Source of the DNA: Magallana gigas
Lineage: Eukaryota
Direction: 5' to 3'
Assembly: GCF_963853765.1 (NCBI RefSeq)
Contig: NC_088854.1
Coordinates: 24,118,001 to 24,182,000, forward strand
DNA: 64,000 bases
Shown: piece after piece, positions 24,402 through 36,800 of the stretch
Numbering within the stretch: the first letter of the stretch is position 1
Layout of the letters: every line of letters starts with the position of its first letter
Program-made: the position numbers and the translations under genes
The notes under the pieces: model-generated
Database searches by the model: none
What the model was told of the DNA's origin: nothing
What the model saw: only the letters and a program-made list of their open reading frames with translations

Positions 24402-26882
24402 ATGGGGGATAATCCACCCTTTGTTTATCCTGATCCTCTTGAAGTGGAAGAACCACTGGAGGTAGAGGAGCGGGTCAGTTTAGTACGTACTTTTTGTCTT
24501 GGGTGGATTTATGTATCAGCTTTTTTTGTACAATAATATTCTAGGTGAACAGTGGACAATTAACAGGTGAGAAACTCAGGTAAGTCGTCTGTCTAGTGAA
24601 GTGGTCAACCAATGATCAGGTGAAAAAAAGGTAACATGGGCATTATAAGCTTCCAAAAAGAGAATCAGGAGAAGTAATGAGTCAGGGAAATAGGTTAATC
24701 AATACACAGGTGACCAGTAAACTCTCTGATGACTGGAGAGATCTCGGCAGTGACCGCGGTCACAAATATATTGGGACGGAAATCATTATTCTAAGGAGAC
24801 ATATAGAAAGGTAGAATGTTTTGTCAGAGAATATAGCATAAAAGGAACTGTGAAAGTTTGCCACATAATGGTGGATTTTGATAAATAAGAATTATATATT
24901 TAAGAAAAAAGGACAAAGAAGATTTACGCTACAAATATTTGCTTAACGACCAACATAAAGGTAGAGGAAACCCAGTAACCACAGGTAATTTTGGCTCCAA
25001 AGTTTTGTTCCTTCTTGTACATGCTATTTTGTTTAGATGATGGGTAGATAAAAAACTCCTAATTTCTAAGCCCATGTTAATTAAATGTACATTATCATTG
25101 TGTGTGTGGGAAATTTGCATGTTTAAATTGCCAAGTGATCACAGGTAAAGAGCATATTTGGTAAATCTGTTTAGATGTTCAAGATCTAAGCAGGTAGTTA
25201 CATTATTGACAAAAGGTGAATGATTTTCAATAGGTTATCAACCTGTTGAGTGGCCATGAATAATGACAACTACACAATGTTCAACTTTCTCCAGTAGCTA
25301 GAATACCTTGTGGGAATAATGATTCAATTTGTACAATAAATATTGATTATTATATCAAAATAGAAATCAAGCTCAATTAAATTCTTGATATGTAATCATT
25401 AGGGGTCTTTTTACATGGACCATATATTCATAGCTTTTAGAAACAGTGCAGAATTGTTAATGGAATTTTTGAGTTACCATATCATATCACCCAAATGGCT
25501 CAAATATACAGCATATGGAGTCTAGACGGAATACAAATGTAGCTATTGTGTAAAGTTTTTGAATGCACAAGTAAGGTTTTTCTCACGTAATATCTACAGA
25601 CTGCAATTATTTTTCACTCTTGTGCTTGCAGAAAATGGAGGAAGATGTCCACCCTCCAGAAAATGACAGTCACATCTTGCGAGACGAGGTCAACTTCATT
25701 CACAATGTATCGCAGTTTTTTAACCAGGAGGCACTCAGTGATGTGAAATTGAAAGTCGGCGATGACGTATTCTTTGCTCATAAGTTTGTCCTGGCCAAGT
25801 CCAGTGATGTATTTCGCACCATGCTGTATGAGAGACGGTGGTCTCAAGAAAACATGGAAGAAATTGAACTCAGTGAGACGCCAGAATGTCAACCGGTGTT
25901 TGAAAGTTTTTTGCGATTTCTCTACACAGCAGAGGTAGCAGTGACAGGAGAAACTGCTGTTGGAATTTTGTGCCTAGCTGACAAATATAACGTCACATCC
26001 TTAAAACAGTTGTGTATGAACTACATGGTGGAAAACTCGCGATCTCCGAAAATCAAGAATGCAGTGCAATGGTACCCATGGTCTAAAGCCTTGGGACTGA
26101 CTGACCTGATTGATCAATGTGCTAAGACTATTGCTTGGAACTCTGACAATCTGCTAAAACTAGAAGAGTGGAAATCTATGGATTTCGACTTTGTGTATGA
26201 CATTTTGAAGAATTCTGATCTTGTTATTCCTAATGAGTACCTTCTGTTTAATTCTGTACTCACATGGTTAAACCAGGAGTCACATTTCCCGCAACTAAAA
26301 GAAAATGCAGAAAAATTGCTTCCCTTGATTCGGTTTCCCCAGATGATGGTAAATCAGTTGTTCGAGATTGAGAAATCTGTGATTGCTGAGAATGAGGAGT
26401 GTAAAGAGCTGATTCTGGCCTTGGTGGGAAAAGCCTACAGATATCGTTCTCTGTGTCCCTCTCAGGTGGAGCTCAGTATTTCCTTCAATGATCCATTTTA
26501 CTTGCCGAGAAATTACACTGATCTAGCTGTGGACACAGTCAGAATGCAGAATACTCTGCGATTTGGCATTCAGGTGGATGTTAGGACGTACGCAGGTCCT
26601 GTTCCTACAGATAAACGCGAGGGAGAATGGAAAATCACATACCGCAAAAATGGGGATCACTGGACGTTACAGATTTTTTGCCACGATTCCGCAACCGTGA
26701 ACGGGGAGGCAAGAATTCAGGCGGCGGTGATTATATTTGATGAAGAAGAAAATGTCATACAAGTGGATCAAGCTAACACCTATACGTGTTCCCGTGGCAA
26801 CAATTTGGCTATGACTATCAATGTGGATAACTCCACTGATTCTAAGGTCATGGCTCTGATTTTGAAGCCAGTGCCCATCTAA
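24402..26882 (+). CDS. BTB/POZ-BACK domain protein (BTBD17-like)
   Basis: Main exon 25632-26882 after acceptor TTGCAG encodes BTB (SDVKLKVGDDVFFAHKFVLAKSSDVFRTML...LRFLYTA...LADKYNV) and BACK (...LLPLIRFPQM). Probable first coding exon 24402-24473 (MGDNPPFVYPDPLEVEEPLEVEER, donor GTCAGT, phase 0, joins in frame). Confidence 0.85.
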
Positions 26883-28438
26883 TATGTCTTATTTGTTATA
26901 ATCCTGTACTATCTGTAAATTGTGTGTCGTCTTGGGAAATAAGAGTAGGGTCTGATGTGAATTTAATCCTGCATTTCTAATTTGGAATTTGATTTAGCAT
27001 TTGATCATTTGATTCTATGTAACTGATTACATTAGCATTTAACTCATGAATTTGAGAGCTTACCTTTAGCTACCATTATTGTGGAATATGGAAAATCTAT
27101 TAGAGGAATTAAGAAGTCTTCATTTTTTAATACCTAAGATAAATTTTGGATGAGTTAATATATTTTTTTATTTATAAACAGCTACATTCAGTATTATTAA
27201 ACAAAAATCACTGTACCAGAATATGCCTTGATGAAAGCATTTTTAATTAATATCTGATTGTCAAAACATTTTTGTTGTGATGTACCAGTATTTTTGTTAT
27301 AATCTCAGTGTGTTGGGTGTACACATACATGTATTTGTAGAGTTTTTAGTGTAGTAACTCTTTATGCAAGCTGTTTATTTTTTTTTTCTGTTGTTGCTTT
27401 TAAGCATATGTTTGTTGTTGATATTCATTTTTGGAATGTGGGAAGTTTCACCTGTTTTAAAGTGGGTGATTTTTTTTTTTTAATTTCTGGTGATAATTTT
27501 TCGTTTAGTCTTTCAGTTTATCTCTCAATCTATTTACAGACTAAACAAATATATGGGGTCTTGTTGTGTAGATTTATTAGATGTACAATGTAGTGGTTAT
27601 GAAGAGCAAGTATTGATGTACTAATGTATCAAGAGTTATTGCCCTTTAAACATTTCAGACTTTTCAGTTGTCAATCATATTTTGTAATCAATCAAGGTAA
27701 TACATGTACTGTAATTCAACTTGATCAGGGTGAGATTTTCCAAGGTTGGTGAGATCAATGTTTACAATATAATATCTCTCATGACAAAAAAGTCTTTTAA
27801 TGTCTCTCTTTAATGTTTTGAATGTTTGCAAAAATCATACGCAGTTTTAGCACTCTGTATGGTAAATCAGGAATTATGTCATCTCAGATAAAAACGTAAT
27901 AAAAGTATCTACCTGGTAATATGACTTTTTTTCGTCCTCGTTAATTTGTTATCAAGAGTCCCAGTTATGAATGGGTAGTTGCAATGCATTTATATAAATT
28001 ATGTACCACTATTAGCATCCTAGCCATTGATGCCGCTAAATTATTTTGTATCAGGGAATTCTTTTGATATTCATATAATCTATTGTATTTTTGTACATTT
28101 TAAGTTCAGAAAATTCTGAACAATAAAATGATATTAATTCACAATTGTTGTTGTGTTTGTATACCAATCAAGGTCCTTTGGTAGCTGCAGAACTATTGCT
28201 TTAGCAGGAACATGAAAGTTAAGGTTGATGGACTATTGCATACAGACTAAACATCATTAAGTATGAGTTTTTATTTTAAACAGTTGGTGTGAAAATAAAT
28301 AAAAAGCTTATGTCATGTTCCTTTTTTATAGTAAACTACAACGCCTACAAAAAAGGAAAGAGAAAAAACAAAACCAAAAATAAACTCAAGGCATGTTTAT
28401 GTCATATTAATCTTGATATATCTGAATATTGAAGGATA

Positions 28439-28645
28439 CTGTGGTTTTATTAATATTCAAGGGTATCAATTTTCGTGGATAAAATGAAAATCACAGTTTC
28501 AAGGAAACGTGAATTCATGGCCAGTGGCCTTATCAATACAAAATGTTATTAGAAATTGCACTTCAATGAACACTTAATTTCGTGGATCAACTGAAAAACG
28601 AAATCCACGAAAATTGGTATTCAACGAATATTGATGAAACCCCAG
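28439..28645. mobile_element. Tc1/mariner-type MITE
   Basis: TA|CTGTGGTTT...AAACCCCAG|TA termini and internal TTTCGTGGAT/ATCCACGAAA inverted motifs. Degraded relatives near 10330-10523 and 47055. Confidence 0.7.
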
Positions 28646-29137
28646 TAAATGATATCGTGAATGCAGTCACAATGAAAATCTGAGTTATCTCCCTGTAGCT
28701 GCAAACCACACCTTAAGAGGAAACACAGTATAGTCTGAAGATTCAAGACCAGGAGATTCCATGGATAGATGGCCAGACAAGATACATTTTACAAAACAAA
28801 ATATTATATGGTTTAATTCATAAAAAAAAACTTAGATATCAGTACATGTATCCCATGAGACAGGACAAGTAGGTTAATTTATCTCTATTTCATTTGTATC
28901 CTTTAAAATTTTTCCTTGGGATAATTCAAAAATATTTTTTACACAAAGAAAGTCCAATGTAGCCTAATTTCCAGTTCAACAAATTTGTTTTCATTTAGAA
29001 TGTACTAAATATTTTTCAGATTCCATATCCATGGAAACACCACCAATCTTAATTATCGTAATACAGAATATATGACCTGAGATTCAACTACCGGTATTAC
29101 ATATCTATATGTATCAAATTTTCACCAAAATGTCAGT

Positions 29138-32100
29138 TTATACAGATTGTTGGACAGGAGGTTCGTACCCCATGGGCCGCGCTACAGCTTCACCAAAGTC
29201 GGTGACAGTGTTCTTGGTTTCACTATACCCCTCTCCATGGATTTCCATTAATTTTCTGAAGTCAAATTTGGGTTTTTTCAGCACTTTCACTTTACAGATG
29301 AAGACATTATGTAGTGGATAAATTCCTTCGCAGGCTTTTTCAATTTCCTTGCCAATGCTGTCTGGGATTCTGTTCAAACGAGAAGAATAATCATCACTGC
29401 TACATGGGTGTGTTCTCCGAACGCCTACTCCTCAATTAAAAATAATAATTGGTCAAGGCAATTATGGGGCCCTCTAAGGGGACACAGGTAGACTTTACCT
29501 GTATATACTTTGGGACACAGGTAGACTTTACCTGTATATACTTTCGTTCACAGGTAGACTTTACCTGTATACACTTTGGGACACAGGTAGACTTTACCTG
29601 TATATACTTTGGGACACAGGTAGACTTTACCTGTATATACTTTGGGACACAGGTAAATACTTTACCTGAATATACTTTGTGACACAGGTAGACTTTGTCT
29701 TATTTTTAATTTAAAAAAAGATGCAATAAATAGTGCTAATGGCTGCATGTACCTGACATTATATTAAAAATACCATATTTTTTTAATAACCTAAATGTTT
29801 CACTGAAATAAAATAATCATTAAATAAAAAAAATTAAAATTAAATATCTTTCTTCAGTTTTAAACTTACATCTTAACAAAATAAGAATAAAACATTATTT
29901 CTTAAGGTATAAATTAAGAAGAGATTTTAAATGATGATTATCTAAAGTATGACTGAGTTAAAATTATGATAAAAAATCACTTTCTTCAACAAGTTTGTCC
30001 AAGCTGTGAATAAATAAATGAACGTGGGGAAACTGATAAGAAGAGCAGCCGTCCTACCCCTAGTTCCTGATCTAGACAGCATCGAAGACGTGTGGTCCTG
30101 GAAGACCGCGATGAAGCCGACCTTACGGAAGTGAGAGAGACCTTTACAGACTATATGTGACAGAATAGTGGGTGAATGGTGACAGACTTATTTGGAATCA
30201 CTTCGGAACCAATGGACCACGGACCAATAACAACTTAAAAGCATGGCACGGGAAGCTGAAGAGGATGGCCCTACACGCGCACACAAACATCTACACTGTC
30301 ATCAAGATCTTCAAGGACATCCAGAACGGCAAAGAAATTCTACAGATCCAGAAACAAAGAAGTACGCGAACATCAAGAGGAGACTGCAGACCCTGAAGGA
30401 GCGATACCAAGACGGGATCATCGACCTTATGACCTACGCAGATTCAGCTTCGGAACTTCTTTATTTAGGACATTGACATAGTGACAGTGAAAGAGAAAGG
30501 ACATTATGACAGACTCCGTGCCCATACTAGTATATGTGTAAATATTGTATATATATACTGGTATGAATTATACTTTTTAAAACTTAATGTCATTTTGAAT
30601 TGTTATTTATGTTTTAGACAACCATGTATTTATGAGTTTGTTATAAAATAGTGCTATGTGTAAAAATAAAAAGAAAACTGTATATAAAATGTTATGCAAT
30701 TTTAAAACATTATTTTATTGTTTTAAATTATATGTAGTGCTAAAAAATTAAATAAATATATTAAAATTGATTCAATGTTTTCATTTTATTTATGCAACAA
30801 TTTTAATTATAAAGACATTAAAAATTTAACAAAAATTACAAACTGTTATATTATTTTTCATTCAAGGAAACACAGGTAAAGTTTACCTGTGTCCCTTTAG
30901 AAGGCCCCATAATTGCCCTGTATAATTGAATAATGATAATTTGGCAGTAGGCGTTCGGAGAATCAGCCGCTACATGTATGTGTAATGGTAACAAAACATT
31001 CAAAATCATCAAATGCATTCACCAAGCTCATCCATGGTTATTAAGTAACCAAGTTTTAGCAAATACATGTATATACCAAGTTCCTAATGAAGGAATATTT
31101 AAACTTTTTTAAGGGGGGGGGGGGGGGGGGAGAGGGTAGGGTAGGCTGCTTGACTCTACACCTGAATTTGTACATGAGGTGACTTTAAAGGGCCTCTAGC
31201 ATCTTGTTACAGACTTCATTAACTTAGAGGTGATTGAATGTTCCCCTACAGGTAATACAGGTAAAATTTGGCAATTGACATACGCCATAATTTCTGTCAG
31301 GAGAAGCTGAAATTCTAAAATGCTAACAAAAAAAGATAACTACATATTGTAAATGTCATTTAAGGAAGGAGTCTTTTTATTATCAAACATACTTCTTATA
31401 ATAAGAAATGCATGAAATTTTGACACAGTCAAACGGATCATATTACTTAATGATTCTATCAGTTTAATTAAATTTGACCTTTTTGTTTTCGGATAAAGGT
31501 CAGGTCAAGGTCACTACCTTTTTCCTCAACGTAAAGAGTGATAAGAATAAGTGTAGCTCTTTATAGTTCTGTAGACATTTGTTTAAGATTTGAAGATTCA
31601 AATCTTCAATGAAATCATAGACCATGAGAGTGTCTATCAGCTTATACTACTAAATTGGAATAAATGTTTATACTAAAATTGAAATTGCTTAGCCCGCATT
31701 TCCTCTAATTTTCTTAAATTTTGAAGAAATTTTGATTATTTTTTTATGCTTCCAATAATAAAATATTTCTAATTTTTATGTATTATGAAGACTTTATATA
31801 AAGATATAAATTGACAGAAAAGCTAATATATTGACCGTTTCATAAGAGAGAAAAACTGATTTTAGTGATTTTTTCACAAAAATCAATGTTTAGAATGGGC
31901 GCTTTAAAAAGCTTATAAAAATGTTATTTGATAGGCAAATCATATTTTAAAAACATATTCTGAAACCCAAGTATCATATTATTAGTTCACATTTGTAAAA
32001 AAAAAATCCAACATTATTGTTATTGTTTTTAAAATGATAAAACAGACTCATTATATATATATAATTTGCAGCAATTCTGAATTGCGCAACATGTGATATT

Positions 32101-35100
32101 TTCCTACGCCAAAAATATAGTCCTTGTTCCATTCTAAATATTGATTACATTTTTCTATGCCAAGTTGTATGATAGTAAAAAAGAAAGAAAAATATACTAT
32201 TTTAATTTCCTTTCATCTTGATTTAATGAACAGTTAATCAAATTTACGTTTGACAAGTCGAAAACCAGACAAGACTCCTTCCTTAATTAGTCACTGTGCA
32301 ATTAACAGCATGTAAATATTAATGAGACCTATTTTTTAATCTGAGAGCAATTGGCATCTTCTACTTACAATTTGTTGACCACTTCTTTCATGTCATTTGA
32401 TGTCACTTCCTTAGTGATGATATCAACCATCTTTCTTCTGATGGTTTTGATCTGTAGAAGAAGTCACAAATAATGTGAAAACATGATTTCAGTAGAAAAA
32501 TATTGCATTACAGCAAGCTCTACAATTTTAAGCAAAAGAATGTTCTTTATACAGTATTTTGAAAAAATATGCAAATACATCAAATAAGTATGCCTACAAC
32601 TTTTATAAAACTTTGTATGAAATTGTGCTAGCTTCTTGCAAGTTTATTTCAGTGCATTAAAATTTCATTCCAACCTGTGTATTTTGAGCATAACAAGTTT
32701 TCTTCAATTGATACACCCTCTTCTTGGTGAAACCAATACAGAACATCCTAAGAAGGTAACCATCAGTGGTCTTGACATCAACATGAGCCTGGATCATGGT
32801 TTGCCATTTCTTGACCATAGAGCAGAGTTTGTCACGGGTCAGATCCATGCCGTGGAAGTTGGTCAGAACATTGCGCCCCTGAACTTCTTCAGCCATCAGT
32901 TTGAACTTCCTGAAGGATACTTCATCATTCTGAAGATCAGCCAGGGAGACCTCAAACACTCGCCCCTTCAGGCCATCAGAAGCAATCCCTGTAATTAACA
33001 CAATATAAAAATAAGCTACAAATAAGCTATAATAATTATACGAATTTCCTATTTTTGCTTGGCTAGCCAAGCCTGTTAATGGTTGTGTAAACCCAATTCC
33101 TTTTGAGGGTCGACTGGGCTTTCCCAGGGCCCCATCCTCACCAAACATGAAATCCCAAATATGGGATACCCTGTGTTAGCCATCCCCTTGAAAGATACAT
33201 GATGATTTTCTTACCTTCTTGCCAGACTAGCTAATTATGTCAATGTTCAGATCAGGTCAGCAAGTAATAATTTTTATTTTATAACTGTTTCTTTCGATCA
33301 AAAAAGGAAGTTTATATTGAATTTTGATTTTACGTTTATTAGCATATTTACGGTAATTTGAGTAGCGAACCGACCACAGAATTCTATCCGCTATTCGAAT
33401 AGTGAAAAGCGAATATGACTCCAACTTCTGAATGCCCATAAGAAAGCATTTAATTCTTAAAGATCTTTTTTGAAATTTACTTTTTAATTTTTAGTTTATG
33501 TTTGTCCTCGAGGATATTCTATTGCTTTTTTCTAGATCTATTCTCCCTAATACATGTGGTTTTTTTCTACGGCATGATGATTATACATGTAGTCTCAACT
33601 GCAAAAGGGGTGCGCTATTGTCGTGCCATTCTTAAAGTAATGACGACAAATAAAACAAATCCCAAAGATGACAGAATATCTCACGACATCACACTTACTG
33701 GTTCCTTGAGTTCTGGTGACCAAGGTCTTCCCAATCTGTCGCACAACAAACATGCTTGGTGCCTTAACATCGTACCAGTCTTTCTTAGTGAAGGGATCAA
33801 TTCTAAAGGATGTGAAACAACCAAAAAAAAAGAAAAGAAGAAACACAATAAAAAGCATGTTCAGGCATTTGATCTATACTAATACTATAGTGGAGTGACA
33901 ATACCATCAAAAAGTTTATTTTAATGTACCACCCTACCCCACGGCTAATTTGTACTTTTTTGGAAAGATATTATAGTAAGTAATAATTTTCGCCATGGTC
34001 AAATTCTAAAATACTAGTAATTAAAGGTCAAAGATCAATGACTGAAATATGAGCAAACATATACAAACTGAGATAATCTGTCAAAATTCGCGAATTATTT
34101 ATCAATATTAAATATTTTTATAATATTTTAGCTTTTGTAAGTTGTATATATTGATCTGAAACCCCAAAAAGTTACCGATAATGTATAAATTGTATGTTTG
34201 TATTATGAAGCGTTTTCCTTCAAATAACTATCATACATTTAACTGTTAAAATGTAAATTTATATAAATATTACAACACTATCATATACAAATTAGAAATT
34301 AATACCATAAAAATTAAAATTAACAAAAGAAAAACAAATAATTTTAATGACTTTACATGTATATAAAGTAAGTTAAAAAATGTTTGCTTCGATTAAAAAA
34401 GGGTGGTATAGAAGGGGAGAACCCAGTCCCCTGATGCTACTTTACTGCTGGTCTGAATGGTTTTAATGACCTCATATACAGTTTTCCAGATAAGCTTGAT
34501 ACATGTAGTTCGAGATGATCAATGTTCCTATATGGTGAAAAACAACCGAAAATCCGATCTTTTCACAAACCCTATTATGCATACACTATTTAAAACAAGA
34601 GGCCCACGAGCCCCATTGCTTACATGAGCAAGTGTATGGGTTTTTTTCGGGGGGGGGGGGGGGGGATAACATAGTACCATTATTCGAACCATCTTTTCCA
34701 GCCAAGGGTTTCTGGTCCGCACTGCTTCTCACGGTGCATCCACCAATGAACACCCTTCATATTTTTTCAGATTTTTAAATCTTCCAGATAAGTCTGTAGC
34801 TGCGCAGTTCGACAGCTGTTCTGTGCGATTAAAAATGCATTGTCTTGTTCTTGTATGCATACTTTTCAAACAAAATGACATGTTGAACGTCATATTTATT
34901 GCTTTTGTTTATCTTTTGACAACAGTTTTAGTAAGTTTTGGACAGAAACAAGCCAGGTCAAGAAATGTTTACAGTTTTCTTCTCAAACATAAAAGATGGC
35001 CGGACATCCCCCTTAAACTAAAATTAAAAACAAATCTATATTGTGCTGTCTCCCCGCCCTCTTTGTCATTGTGACCTTACTCTCACCTTAGATGTTTATG

Positions 35101-36718
35101 GTATGGGAAAATAGTAAAAAACTTCATAGAATTATCCAAGCTTCTAGATAATAGATTTACTTCTCGAACGGATTGCTTACCGATTTTACACTCTGAAATA
35201 TGTCAACAATCGGCACAATCGGTTTTCTACTTTCAGTATCAAATATTTCACCCCGTTAAGGAAAGGAAATAAATTAGAGTTTCCTCTCTAAGTAAAACAA
35301 TACAGCGGACAACCTCATGATCATTTAACAGGTCGGGTACACTACCTTATATGGATAGCATTATTTAACACGTGACAGTATTTTTGGCAAACAGATTCTC
35401 CAATCCAGTGAATGAGTTGCAATGCATGACGGTCTATAACGTGTTTACGATTCAACAAACGCACGTGGTATTTGTCTGTTTTATACACAATATTTAATTG
35501 CTTGCCGGAATGTTTGTACGTCTTGATTTTTACTTTAGAAGGTAAAAAATTAAAGATTACGTACCATTAACTTTGTTCCATGCTCACATTAAAAAATACT
35601 GTTGTTTTAGTTGACTAATTGTTGCTTCAAAAATGATCAGTATCAAACGACTGACAAACATACGCATACAAGTACAAACATATTTTGATAAGAAAAAAAC
35701 ATCACATTTGTGTATTGGTGACTTTATTACTGTGCACTAGAAATAAATACGGTAACTGTACATTTTTTAACATACGTGAATACTAGTAGCCACGGTAGTA
35801 GAAATGCCCAAATATACAAACGCGGAAGCACAAGCTATATGCAGCATAAAGTATTTTGTCCGTTAAGCATTCTGATGAATGTCCCTGAAGAAAATATCAA
35901 CGCGTGGTTCTACTAATATTGTCCCAAATATGGGGTATCACGTGAAAAAAACAGTACTCACTGCTTTTAATTCAATAGGACGTACCTCTCTTTTGAACAT
36001 TGACAATGGGGTATTTAAATAGGTTGATATAAGTCCTCATATGCAATATTTTTTAAATCTGAGCATAGAAATTGAAGTTCAGACATAATTGTCCATATTA
36101 CTTTCATAAATTCTGAAAAATCATTCAAAATGAGTTTCCAAAGGACAATTCAAAATAGTATATATTTTCCATACGATTTGTATACACTGAAACTTGTAGT
36201 AGCCCACAATGCCTTGCAACTCATTCACTTGATTGGTTTGTCGATAAAAGTAAACAGGTGCCTAATTTAGTATGCAAATTTATGCCGACGTCACAAAATA
36301 TAGTGGTCTCGACCTGTTTAAACATAGAACCATTTTAACAAGACCTTGGACTTTTAGTAGGGCGTAGTTATCTTTTCCTTGGGTCAAAACAAATAAAAAT
36401 GACGCGGTTTCAAGCGAAATATGCATCGATTGCGTAGTCTTTAACTCAAAAGCCATACAATTCTTGTTGATTTCAAAGAGCCATAGCCGAGTGGCTAGCA
36501 ATGAAATAGACACGCCTACGTCACATTGCTGTTTGACACAACTACCCAAAGTCCAAGCTCTTGTTAAATGGTTCTATTACAGTACTTAACTATTAACTGT
36601 AAGACGATAAGGTAAAATTAACATACAGTTTCTTCTTTTTTAACCTCTTCATCATTTTCATTGATGGTAGCGGCTGAGATTTTCGTATTCCCATATTCTG
36701 AGATTTTCCTCTCGCCAT
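29138..36718 (-). CDS. RPS3A: 40S ribosomal protein eS1/S3a, divergent paralog (copy B), 274 aa
   Basis: Exons 36627-36718, 33699-33802, 32675-32988, 32369-32451, 29138-29369; phases match copy A. Core [14 protein letters not shown]...LADLQNDE...KTTDGYLLR is intact. Novel N-terminus [31 protein letters not shown]. The 5'UTR motif GCCTCGAAC is shared with copy A. Exon 1 is the least certain part. Confidence 0.88.
29454..30920 (+). mobile_element. Mutator-like (MULE) deletion derivative with transposase remnant
   Basis: TIRs GGCAATTATGGGGCC...GGGACACAGGTA at both ends; seven 33-bp subterminal repeats at 29479-29699; frameshifted C-terminal transposase fragment at 30040-30476 ([22 protein letters not shown]...[13 protein letters not shown]). 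Confidence 0.8.
30040..30476 (+). pseudogene. MULE transposase C-terminal fragment
   Basis: RTNNxxxAWH motif typical of animal MULE transposases; split between the ORFs at 30172 and 30243. Confidence 0.7.
31364..32282. mobile_element. Kolobok-like non-autonomous DNA transposon
   Basis: TTAA|GGAAGGAGTCT...AGACTCCTTCC|TTAA: TTAA target site with purine-purine termini. Confidence 0.75.
36325..36576 (+). mobile_element. Academ-like MITE (copy 1, in intron 1 of RPS3A copy B)
   Basis: TAGAACCATTTTAACAAGA...TCTTGTTAAATGGTTCTA TIRs (TAG...CTA termini); near-identical inverted copy at 39074-39318. Confidence 0.75.
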
Positions 36719-36800
36719 GTTCGAGGCCGTTTAAAGGAATTGACAGAATATTGCGAACGAGTTGTGCAAGAGTTTCGGTATTACCGGCAGCCATTTAATG
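36719..36800 (-). promoter_or_regulatory. Putative promoter of RPS3A copy B
   Basis: On the minus strand, a pyrimidine TCT-like start TTCCTTT precedes GCCTCGAAC and the ATG, with a YY1-like AAATGGCTGCC at 36787-36797. Confidence 0.5.

Noticed and set aside
29370-29400. GTGATGA box C-like motif conserved near the exon-5 acceptor of both RPS3A copies (also about 40130-40157)
   Set aside because: It is about 20 nt from the 3' splice site with no room for a box D; better explained as a conserved branch point.
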